The position numbers were made by a program, and so were the translations under genes. From assembly GCA_965204115.1 (NCBI GenBank), contig OZ241963.1, forward strand, positions 468,622 to 532,621: a stretch of DNA of 64,000 bases, given 5' to 3'. Under the pieces are notes generated by a model. The model searched no databases, was not told the origin of the DNA, and was given only the letters and a program-made list of their open reading frames with translations. Origin of the DNA: Minisyncoccota bacterium (GTDB lineage: Bacteria > Patescibacteriota > Minisyncoccia > Phycocordibacterales > JABAAK01). Shown piece by piece: positions 36,333 to 44,758 of the stretch (positions are counted from its first letter, which is position 1; the number at the start of each line of letters is the position of its first letter).

Positions 36333-38495
36333 GTGAGTAGATTGACGGAGATTATAACGGTGATGATTGTGTTTATTGTTTCAGTGGTGCTATTTTCGCC
36401 ATACACCCACGGCGATATTCGATTTGAGGAAGTTTCACACCACGCAGGGATTGTGCGAGTTGGTGAGAGTTGGGGGAATGCTTGGGGTGACTTTAACGGA
36501 GATGGATACCTTGACTTGTGGGCAACGAATCATCGGCATAAGCCGTGTCTCTATCAGAATAACGGTGACGGTACTTTCACGAATGTCATTGACGAGGTTT
36601 GGAACGCGAATCCATCTGCGGACACCCATGGTGTCGCGTGGGCGGATTTTGACAACGATGGTGACCAAGACCTCATTGTTCTGTCAGGCGGTACTGGTGG
36701 TCTTAATAACAGGGCTCGTGATAACAATGCTAATCATTTGTATGTAAATACTGACGGGCAGTTGGTGGAGCGAGCTGCTCATCTCGGCGTGGATTATCCG
36801 CTTTTGCGGGGGAGGACGCCGCTGTGGCTTGATTGGAATGGGGACGGTTTGCTTGATGTTCTATTAACCGGTGTTGCCCGAAAGGATGCATCCGGAGCGC
36901 TTGTCAGATCAACCCTCTTCAGTCAGGTGGATGGACGGTTTAAAGATGTGAACAGTATTTCAGGATTCTCTCTGGAGGAGAGTGTGGAATTTGCGCAACT
37001 AACGCACCTGACCGGTGAAGAGGGATTACACCTCATTTGCGGTTCTCATTCCCATATATATCCCGCTGCTGTGTACGACTTGTCGGGTGCGCTCTTGCAT
37101 AACATAACAGGTGCTTTGAATTTGCAGGGTGGCTTTGTTGTTCAGGATGCCGCAATTGCGGATATGAACGGCGATCTGCTGCCGGACATATTTCTTGCAC
37201 GGGGTATTTATCCGTCCAGTGTTCGTCAGCCGAGTGCGCGTAGGTTGGAACTTAATATTCAGAGCACCTTAGGGGTGCTTCCCCAATCTATCCTTGAGGA
37301 GAAGGGTGTCAGTTTCAGATCTGACGGCGCGGTGTTTTTTGAGGTTTATTCGGAATGGAAGCCGCGTCGTGATTTGGTTAAGATCGGCTCGGGTGGGCAT
37401 CCGGTAACATCTTTTGACAGTGGCATCTTTGCCGGTGTTATGCCGGACCTTAAGGCAGCGTCTTTTAAAGTTCGGCTGTCGCCGAGTAATCCGAGAGCCC
37501 AGGGGTTGCAGGCGCGTCGGGAAAATGAAAAGTTTGGGATTTACATAGGGTACAATGCCCGCACAAAAAAGTGGGAAATCCTTTATCGCAATCTGCCCGC
37601 GACAACATTGGTTGAGGCGGGCAATCCCATAACAGATGTGGAACCATTCAATTTCTTCCCTTCGGTTAATATGCATGGTGATTTGCTGATGCACAAGGGG
37701 AATGATTTTGAGGTGCTGTCTCCGTTGGGTGAAGCAGGGTTTCCGGATTGTCATTCTGTTGCGGCGGGGGACTTTGATAACGATATGGATGTTGATCTGT
37801 ATCTTGTCCGCTCAAGTACGGGTGAAAACCTCCCGAACTGTCTGTATGAGAATAATGGTGTCGGATATTTTATCCGAGTCAGGAATGCTGGCGGAGCGGC
37901 GGCGAATGTGGATGGCAGAGGTCAAAGTGTTACTGTTGCTGATTATGACCGGGACGGCTTCCTTGATCTTTTTGTGACCAACGGGAGAGGGGCGTACCCT
38001 TTCAGTGAAGGCCCCGACCAACTTTTCCGTAACCGTGGTAACAGCAACAACTGGCTTCAGATTGATTTAGAGGGATCTGTTTCCAACAGAGACGGTATCG
38101 GCGCGAAGGTTCTCGTCGTGACACCTGACGGAAAAACACAAGCGCGAGAAAACGGCGGCGGCATCCACTGGGCGCAGCAAGATCAGAAGCGTATTCATTT
38201 CGGGCTTGCGCAGAATGACAGCATTGTTGAGCTGACCGTTTTTTGGCCGAGCGGTATTGTGCAGAGGTTGCGGAATGTGGCGGTAAACCAGGTGCTGCGT
38301 ATTATTGAGACCGATGTTCAGGAGTCCCTCCACGGTGATGTTAATCAAGATGGGGTCGTCAATGTTTTGGATCTTGTTATTGTGGCGAAGCACTTCGGTG
38401 AAAGTCCTCTCGCTGATGTGTCGGCTGATGTGAACAAAGACGGGGCAGTGAATATTCTGGACCTCGTTGCCATCGCAAATGTAATGAGCAAATAA
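36333..38495 (+). CDS. CRTAC1/ASPIC-UnbV family FG-GAP protein with C-terminal dockerin-like paired Ca-binding loops
   Basis: WGDFNGDGYLDL, ADFDNDGDQDL, NRDGIGAKV, IHFGL, V.WPSG; GDVNQDGVVNVLDLV and ADVNKDGAVNILDLV; AAGGAGG before GTG. Confidence 0.88.
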   Translation: MSRLTEIITVMIVFIVSVVLFSPYTHGDIRFEEVSHHAGIVRVGESWGNAWGDFNGDGYLDLWATNHRHKPCLYQNNGDGTFTNVIDEVWNANPSADTHGVAWADFDNDGDQDLIVLSGGTGGLNNRARDNNANHLYVNTDGQLVERAAHLGVDYPLLRGRTPLWLDWNGDGLLDVLLTGVARKDASGALVRSTLFSQVDGRFKDVNSISGFSLEESVEFAQLTHLTGEEGLHLICGSHSHIYPAAVYDLSGALLHNITGALNLQGGFVVQDAAIADMNGDLLPDIFLARGIYPSSVRQPSARRLELNIQSTLGVLPQSILEEKGVSFRSDGAVFFEVYSEWKPRRDLVKIGSGGHPVTSFDSGIFAGVMPDLKAASFKVRLSPSNPRAQGLQARRENEKFGIYIGYNARTKKWEILYRNLPATTLVEAGNPITDVEPFNFFPSVNMHGDLLMHKGNDFEVLSPLGEAGFPDCHSVAAGDFDNDMDVDLYLVRSSTGENLPNCLYENNGVGYFIRVRNAGGAAANVDGRGQSVTVADYDRDGFLDLFVTNGRGAYPFSEGPDQLFRNRGNSNNWLQIDLEGSVSNRDGIGAKVLVVTPDGKTQARENGGGIHWAQQDQKRIHFGLAQNDSIVELTVFWPSGIVQRLRNVAVNQVLRIIETDVQESLHGDVNQDGVVNVLDLVIVAKHFGESPLADVSADVNKDGAVNILDLVAIANVMSK

Positions 38496-38503
38496 CAGTG
38501 TTT

Positions 38504-38526
38504 ACCCGCAGGCAATGTCTGCGGGT
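38504..38526 (+). terminator. Terminator hairpin
   Basis: ACCCGCAG-gcaatgt-CTGCGGGT, T-run shortly after. Confidence 0.7.
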
Positions 38527-38612
38527 CTACTTTTTTGTGGTGTGGCGATTGTTTCTGAGTGATTTCCACACAGTTTATTGCTCTTGCCCGTTGCGGTGTA
38601 TACTTGGTGTGT

Positions 38613-40019
38613 ATGGTTACTGAGAGGGTTTTTATTTTGTCTTTCTTGCTTGCATCTTTTTTTGCTGTTTCTTTGCTTTCTGCTGGTGTTGTGTATGCGC
38701 ATGGGGGTGAGGAGCATGCTGGGTTGGCGTCTGAGGTGAATGTGTGTCATTCGTTGTCGGAGGCGGAGCGAAGAGCATGTTATTCGGCGACCTGTGAAGG
38801 TGGTGTGACGGATGAGTGTCTGGAGGATATTGTTGATGCGGCGGTGGATGGTTCCGGTTTGAGGTTTGCTAATGCTGTGATGGCTGACTTGGAGAGTGCT
38901 GGGCTGTTAGATGATGCTGGCGTGTCTTTGTACGGACTTGCGCAACGAATAGGGGAGGTGATGGCACAGCAATATGTTGATGGCTTAGGGCCTATGACTT
39001 TTATGGATTGTGAGGTTGACCATCATTACGGGTGTCATTATGGGTATTTTGAGAAAGTGCTCTCTGCAGATGGTGTTTCGCTGGACATCATTTCAGCTGT
39101 TATTTGTGATGTGGATACTTCTCAGCAGGATGTGTGTTATCATCGGATGGGGCATATGTTTTTGAAACACCATAACTACTCGCTCTCTCCTGCGCTCTCT
39201 CAGTGCGATGCGTTGCCGAGCGCATTTCGAGCATACTGTTGGGATGGGGTGTTTATGGAGAATGTGAATGAATTTTTCTTCTCCAGGCGTGAGGGAGGTG
39301 ATGGGTTTATCAGTGATGAGCGGCCATTTGCCCCGTGTGATGCTATTGATGAGCGGTATCGTGAGCAGTGTTTTAAGAATCATGGTAGGTATCTGATTTA
39401 TTGGTTTGAGGATGCCCCTTTTGATGTGTTGGATGTTTGTGGTGACATTGAGGTCGGTGAATACGACGAGGTGTGTCGGCACTCAATTCGGGATGCCTCT
39501 TCCGGTGTGGATAGTCACCATACGCATGACGATATGGATACTATGCGTGGTGATGGGGTGGCGGATTCACGGTCATGGTTTCAGAAGCTGATTGACTTTG
39601 TTGTTGGGTTGTTTTCTGGTGGAGGTTCATCGGATCGGGTTGGTTCAGATGGTGAGGCATTTTCACGCATGTTTCCTGATGGTGTTGCACCGAGTGAGGT
39701 GGACCATAGTGTTATGATTTCCTATGAGAATGGGCAGTTTGTGCCGAATGAGGTGCGTATCGCGCCCGGGCAGGCGGTGCTGTGGATGAATAATGATCAG
39801 GTGTTTTGGCCTGCGGGGGATTTGCACCCGACGCACCGTGAATATCCCGGATCAAATATTACGAAGTGTCATACTGATGAGCGGTCAATGATTTTTGACG
39901 CATGTGAGGCGATGGGTCCCGGCGCGGCGTATGCTTTTCGGTTTAATGAAGTCGGTGAGTGGAAATTCCACGACCATATTAATCCAAAAGCGACGGGTAC
40001 GGTGATTGTGTCTCGCTGA
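38613..40019 (+). CDS. Exported degenerate His/Cys domain fused to atypical cupredoxin
   Basis: Signal VYA-HGGEEH; GCHYG, CYHRMGH, GVFMEN; C-terminal HPTH..FHDHINPKATGTVIV. Confidence 0.85.
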   Translation: MVTERVFILSFLLASFFAVSLLSAGVVYAHGGEEHAGLASEVNVCHSLSEAERRACYSATCEGGVTDECLEDIVDAAVDGSGLRFANAVMADLESAGLLDDAGVSLYGLAQRIGEVMAQQYVDGLGPMTFMDCEVDHHYGCHYGYFEKVLSADGVSLDIISAVICDVDTSQQDVCYHRMGHMFLKHHNYSLSPALSQCDALPSAFRAYCWDGVFMENVNEFFFSRREGGDGFISDERPFAPCDAIDERYREQCFKNHGRYLIYWFEDAPFDVLDVCGDIEVGEYDEVCRHSIRDASSGVDSHHTHDDMDTMRGDGVADSRSWFQKLIDFVVGLFSGGGSSDRVGSDGEAFSRMFPDGVAPSEVDHSVMISYENGQFVPNEVRIAPGQAVLWMNNDQVFWPAGDLHPTHREYPGSNITKCHTDERSMIFDACEAMGPGAAYAFRFNEVGEWKFHDHINPKATGTVIVSR

Positions 40020-40135
40020 TGGTTGGTGTTTGTGTCTTGTTGCTTTTCTTGCGGTTATTTTTTGTATTTTTTCTGGGGCTGTGTGTTTTAGCGTGTTATA
40101 CTGACATTAGATTTTTTGAAAGGAGGGTTCTACCA

Positions 40136-40237
40136 ATGGCTGAAATTTTTGTTGGTGCTGTTGTTGCCGTGTCACTCATTGTGTTGACGGTGGTTGTTGC
40201 GCAACAGTTGGTTTCTTCCGGCGGCAGGGTGCAGTAG
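40136..40237 (+). CDS. 33-aa single-TM small protein
   Basis: TGTTATACT extended -10, AAGGAGG SD, MAEIFVGAVVAVSLIVLTVVVAQQLVSSGGRVQ, then terminator. Confidence 0.6.
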   Translation: MAEIFVGAVVAVSLIVLTVVVAQQLVSSGGRVQ

Positions 40238-40264
40238 AAAGGTGGTGATCCCACATCTTAAAGA

Positions 40265-40290
40265 GCGGCTCTTTTGAGCCGCCTTTTATT
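40265..40290. terminator. Hairpin GCGGCTC-tttt-GAGCCGC (second copy at about 41935-41960)
   Basis: Perfect 7-bp GC stem with T-rich tail. Confidence 0.75.
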
Positions 40291-40311
40291 TATTTTGTTG
40301 ACAAAATGGCT

Positions 40312-40432
40312 TTTGCAAATAAAATGCAAAAATATCCTTATTTTAAGGGATATTTTTTTTATTTGCAAACCGCTGTGCAAATAAAATGTGAAAATATCCT
40401 TATTTTAAGGGATATTTTTTTTATTTGTAAAT
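40312..40432. repeat. About 60-bp AT-rich palindromic unit, two tandem copies
   Basis: TGCAAATAAAATG..AAAATATCCTTATTTTAAGGGATATTTT..TTATTTG twice. Confidence 0.9.
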
Positions 40433-40440
40433 ACAGGGTT

Positions 40441-41874
40441 TTATATCAAACGCTTGGATGGAAGGGTGTATAGTGTGCTCTTTTTGCTTCCGTCAGGGCT
40501 GATTCTTTTTAATAGGCCCTTTGCAACCCAGTTCGCGAGTGTGCGTGACATTTCATCTGTCTGAGTGATGCCGGTAATTTCTCGTGCTTTTGCGTTGTCA
40601 ATATGCATTGCATGAGCAAGGTGATTGCGTATCTTTTTCCATTCGCTTGAACACTTTTCATTTTTCAGCACTAGTTTTACGCAGTAGTGCAGGTCTGGGT
40701 ATGTTATGAAAAGAGGCGGGTAGAGATTGTTTTTCTCCATCTCTCCTCGCATTGCTTTGACACTCTCGTTGCGGTCAAGGTTGGGTGGTTCCGGAAAATC
40801 TCTGAGCGTTTTGATTATAAGATCATTTCGGAACCCCATCGCTCGCTCGTTGCCGATGTTGTGTTTTGTTATGTTAAATGGAAATAATCCTGGGTTGGTA
40901 ATTTCGATTCTGTTGGGGAATATGTTAATTTCTATGTCTTGTTTTATGTGGTAGTCGCGGTGTATGATTGCATTGGTTATGCCTTCCTTGACTGCGCGCT
41001 CAGGTAAGGCGAATGATGTCTTGAACCCTGCGCGGATTTCAATTCCTGTGTTTAGAATCTGTAATACCTGCCTCTGTGTTTCTTGTATTACCTGTGTAAT
41101 TGCCCCTTGAATAATTTGTGGCACTCCAGTAAAGTTTGGCGTTTCCCCGAGCACTTCTTCATTTGTTGTGTACACTGCGATTTTTACGGCACATTTTGTT
41201 TCCATAAGGTTGGTTGGGTGTTCGGCGAACAGTAGCACAGCAGCTCGTGTTGGTTTTAGTGTTCCTGTGCGCTCACCCTTTCTCGCCAGTCCTTTTGATT
41301 CCAGAACATGACCGATGCCTTCACCCTTTTCCCTTAGTTTATTCTTTTTTGCCCATTGTTGGTAGTGTGTGGTTTCAAGTAAATCAATGGATACTCGGTC
41401 AACCAATTCTGCTTCTGCCCGCTTAAATCCTTTCGCATAACTGAGCTGTAGGGCTTCATGCGGTGCCAACTCTTTGTTACCTTTGTTGAGACGGATGAAC
41501 ATCCTTTTGTTTACACTGTGAAGTGATTCTTGCGCTTTTGGTATGCGTAGCAGAGCAATGGTTTTATCGTTTGGCGCATGAACTTTTTCACATCGGGTAG
41601 GTATTTGCGGTATGACTTTGCCTAAGCAGCGAATTATTTCGTCAAAATTTTCTTTATTCTCCTCAATGCCAAATATTCGGCCGTGTCCTTTTAGTGTTGT
41701 TTTTTCAGGGTCACTGACCCCTAAGATAATGGTGCCGCCGTCGGCGTTGGCCATTGCCACCGATGCCTGTAAAACAGATTTGACGGTCTTGGAGTCATTG
41801 CCGAGTCGCTTGAATTCAATTTCGTTGCTCTCTTCGGGGATTTCTAATATTTGTTTTATCGATATCGGTTTCAT
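40441..41874 (-). CDS. AlbA_2/Schlafen-like domain + HATPase_c_4 (RecG-C-like) + C-terminal HTH protein
   Basis: ESNEIEFKR, VAMANADGGTIILGVSD, EGITNAIIHRDY, IEITNPG, C-terminal AREITG..LANWVAKGLL. Confidence 0.88.
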   Translation of the reverse strand: MKPISIKQILEIPEESNEIEFKRLGNDSKTVKSVLQASVAMANADGGTIILGVSDPEKTTLKGHGRIFGIEENKENFDEIIRCLGKVIPQIPTRCEKVHAPNDKTIALLRIPKAQESLHSVNKRMFIRLNKGNKELAPHEALQLSYAKGFKRAEAELVDRVSIDLLETTHYQQWAKKNKLREKGEGIGHVLESKGLARKGERTGTLKPTRAAVLLFAEHPTNLMETKCAVKIAVYTTNEEVLGETPNFTGVPQIIQGAITQVIQETQRQVLQILNTGIEIRAGFKTSFALPERAVKEGITNAIIHRDYHIKQDIEINIFPNRIEITNPGLFPFNITKHNIGNERAMGFRNDLIIKTLRDFPEPPNLDRNESVKAMRGEMEKNNLYPPLFITYPDLHYCVKLVLKNEKCSSEWKKIRNHLAHAMHIDNAKAREITGITQTDEMSRTLANWVAKGLLKRISPDGSKKSTLYTLPSKRLI

Positions 41875-41955
41875 AGCAGTACTATATCATTAAATGAAAT
41901 GGTTTGTGTGGAGGGGGTGTCCTGCATTTTAGGGGCGGCTCTTTTGAGCCGCTTT

Positions 41956-42447
41956 TTATTTTTGTTTGTGGTTGCGGTTGAAGGCGGCGATGTAGTTGTC
42001 TATGAGGGTGCGGGTGGATTGTTGGACGGTCATGCCGAGGTTGTAGCAGGTGAGTTGGCGTTCTTTGTCCCCGGTGTCTTGCTGGCTGAGGATGTTGTTT
42101 AGCTTTCCGGATGAGTCCTGTAGGTTGGAGAACATTTTGTTTATAAATTCGGTGAATCGCTCTTTCTCTTCGTGTAGTTCTTCGTGCTGTTCTATATGGT
42201 TCTCTATCTTTGCTGTCAGGAGTGTTGTCCTCTCCATTATGTTGTTGCAGCGCTGGCGGCAACTGTTGCCGTAGGTGGTGGCCTCAAAGTCGCGTATCCT
42301 CGGGTCAATGAGAAGCTCGTTTGCAAAGATGTTTTTCAGTTCGTCAAGGAGGGTGCTCATTGCATCGGCTGCTGTTACTTGTTCTTGTTCGGGCGGTTCC
42401 TGTTCGGTTTTTACCCTTCTCAGTTTTGCTAATAGTTTTTTGATCAT
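41956..42447 (-). CDS. Hypothetical helical protein
   Basis: TATACT 8 nt before ATG; terminator directly after stop. Confidence 0.65.
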   Translation of the reverse strand: MIKKLLAKLRRVKTEQEPPEQEQVTAADAMSTLLDELKNIFANELLIDPRIRDFEATTYGNSCRQRCNNIMERTTLLTAKIENHIEQHEELHEEKERFTEFINKMFSNLQDSSGKLNNILSQQDTGDKERQLTCYNLGMTVQQSTRTLIDNYIAAFNRNHKQK

Positions 42448-42513
42448 ACGATTGCAGTATACTCTGTTTTTGTGTGGGTAGTGTGCTTCGGTGTATGGCA
42501 CAATGAGGAGTGT

Positions 42514-44451
42514 ATGAGGTTGCGCGATGTTTCACGATTATTGTATTTTGATACTAAGAGGAAGGTGGTTGACAAGAAAGCCGAGCTTACCGAGCATCAG
42601 GCAGATGCCGGTTCGCAGTGGTCCGGTGAGGTTGTGCGACCGCCGCAGTCACGGTATCTCGTGTATTTGGCGGTGGGTACTTTCTTGTTTTTTATTACTG
42701 CTATTGTGACCACATATTTTATTCGGTATGCGGGTATTGATAGGACGGTTTCTCCGGAGAAGATTACGATCGCGACGCAGGGCGCGGCTGTGGCGGATGG
42801 CGGCGCGGCGGTGCCGCTGACGATACGGATTGCGAATCGGAATTCGGTTCCGATAGAAGGGGCGTTGTTGTACATTACGTATCCTTCGGGGACTTACAAG
42901 CAGGGAGATGATGGTGTTGTGTTATTGGAGAATGCGGATAAAGAGTTGCTTTTGGGGGAAGTGGAGCGGGGCGGGATAGTGAATCGGCATATCACACCGG
43001 TTTTTTATGGGGAAAGTGGTGCTACTAAGGAAATCTCCTACTTGTTGGAGTATACCATTCCGGGGGTTGCGAAGCGGCAGACACGACGAGGGTCGCATGA
43101 GGTGTTGCTTCGTACCGCTCCGGTTTTGGTGAGCAAGCCGGAGTATACCGGTGTCGTTGCAGGGAAAGAGGTAACTTTTTCGTTTACTGTGCAGTCAAAT
43201 GCGTCTGCTGTATTGCCGATGGTGTATGTGGACTTGCGGTATCCTGTTGGCTTTACCCCTCGGCGCTATTCGCCGAATCCGGCGAATGTGAGTGCTACCG
43301 AGTGGCGGTTTCCCGGTTTGCAGCCGGGTGCTAAGGAGACCATTACCGTAACCGGGACAATTCGCGGCGGAAGTCAGGCGCTGCAGGCGATTTCTGCGCG
43401 GGCTCGTGTTGCGCCGTATGCGGGTGATCTTACTGATGCGGTTGTTGTTGATGCCGAGGAGGATGAGGTTGCTGTCGCTGATTCGTTTTTTGCTGTGCAG
43501 TTGCGGCTGAACGGGAAGCAGGCGGATCGGATTGTGGTGTCTCCCGGTGATATCGTGCGGGGGAGTATTCGCTGGGTTAATCAGGACTCGTCGCAGCTGC
43601 GTAATGTTGTGCTCACGGCAACCCTTGCCGGAACCGGGCTCGATGAGAGCAGTATCACTCCCGAGGACGGTGGCTTCTTTGATGAGGTTCGGCGGTCGAT
43701 TGTGTGGGATAGGGAGAGTGATTCGTCGTTCTCTTCGGTGCGTGTCGGGGGAAGCGGCACTGCTTCCTTCAGTTTTCGTGTCCTGCCGGATTTAGTTGAG
43801 TTTGCGCAATCGCAGAAGTATATCCAGGTATCTGTTTCTGCAGAGGCGCACCGAACGCATGTCGGGGCAGTGGAGCGTGTTGAGGATATTGTGGTCGGTC
43901 GGGCGGATGTGCGCGGTGTGCTGCGGGTTGTGGGGAGTACCTTGTATTCAACCAGCTCCGTTCGGAACTCCGGCCCGTTGCCACCGCAGGTCGGCAAGGA
44001 GACTACCTATGTCTTGAAGTACTTTTTGAAAAATAGCGGCAATGATCTTTCTCAGGTTGAGCTCATGGTGCCGTTGGGTCGGGGTGTTGTATTGACGGAT
44101 ATTACCTCCGGCGTCGCGTTGAGCGAATGGGAGTATGACGAGTATCAGCATGCTGTGATGGTGCGGTTGCCGTCACTGACGGCGAGCGGTTCCCGATCCA
44201 GCCGCTCTGTTGAGTTTCAGGTTGCGGTTACGCCGCAACGGCAGGATGTCGATCGGCATATTGTTTTGGCGAAGCGGGCGACCTATCGTGCGTCAGATGT
44301 GTATGTGGGGGAGCCGCTTGAGGGGAGTGTTGGGCAGCTGACGACAGAAATTTTTGCTGAGTATGTGAAAGACACGGAGACCGTTGACTATCAGCAGGAG
44401 GTTGAGGGAGACAGGCGGGGGCGGGTGGATATGATTGATATTGTGCAGTAG
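42514..44451 (+). CDS. Membrane-anchored protein with repeated beta-sandwich (DUF11-like) domains
   Basis: One TM, repeated beta-rich domains, NSGPLPPQVGKETTY motif recalled from Parcubacteria proteins. Confidence 0.75.
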   Translation: MRLRDVSRLLYFDTKRKVVDKKAELTEHQADAGSQWSGEVVRPPQSRYLVYLAVGTFLFFITAIVTTYFIRYAGIDRTVSPEKITIATQGAAVADGGAAVPLTIRIANRNSVPIEGALLYITYPSGTYKQGDDGVVLLENADKELLLGEVERGGIVNRHITPVFYGESGATKEISYLLEYTIPGVAKRQTRRGSHEVLLRTAPVLVSKPEYTGVVAGKEVTFSFTVQSNASAVLPMVYVDLRYPVGFTPRRYSPNPANVSATEWRFPGLQPGAKETITVTGTIRGGSQALQAISARARVAPYAGDLTDAVVVDAEEDEVAVADSFFAVQLRLNGKQADRIVVSPGDIVRGSIRWVNQDSSQLRNVVLTATLAGTGLDESSITPEDGGFFDEVRRSIVWDRESDSSFSSVRVGGSGTASFSFRVLPDLVEFAQSQKYIQVSVSAEAHRTHVGAVERVEDIVVGRADVRGVLRVVGSTLYSTSSVRNSGPLPPQVGKETTYVLKYFLKNSGNDLSQVELMVPLGRGVVLTDITSGVALSEWEYDEYQHAVMVRLPSLTASGSRSSRSVEFQVAVTPQRQDVDRHIVLAKRATYRASDVYVGEPLEGSVGQLTTEIFAEYVKDTETVDYQQEVEGDRRGRVDMIDIVQ

Positions 44452-44459
44452 GGTGTGAG

Positions 44460-44545
44460 TTACTATAAACATTTTTTTGTCCTGTAAATGCAGGATATTT
44501 TAATTAAAGTCCTTGTTTTATAGGGTTTTATTTTGTTTATAGTAA
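44460..44545. repeat. 12-bp inverted repeat enclosing two inner palindromes
   Basis: TTACTATAAACA...TGTTTATAGTAA around TCCTG-taaatg-CAGGA and CCTTGTTTTATAGGG. Confidence 0.8.
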
Positions 44546-44758
44546 GTTTTTACTGTATGGTTTGTTTTGTCCTTTGTTTGTGGTATTTTTTGACGACTGT
44601 TGATTTTTATATTGATTTTGCTTGTTATTTTTTGTGATAGTGTTTCGGCGTTACTATGAGTATAATTTTGTCTTTTGTTTATAGGGTATTTTTTCTATCG
44701 TATGTTTTTGTCTTATTTTTCCTTGCTATTTTTTACCTTATAGTATATACTGTTGCTG

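Noticed and set aside
28380-40019. Multiheme cytochrome c
   Set aside because: Conserved motifs are CxHG and HxxxH, not CxxCH
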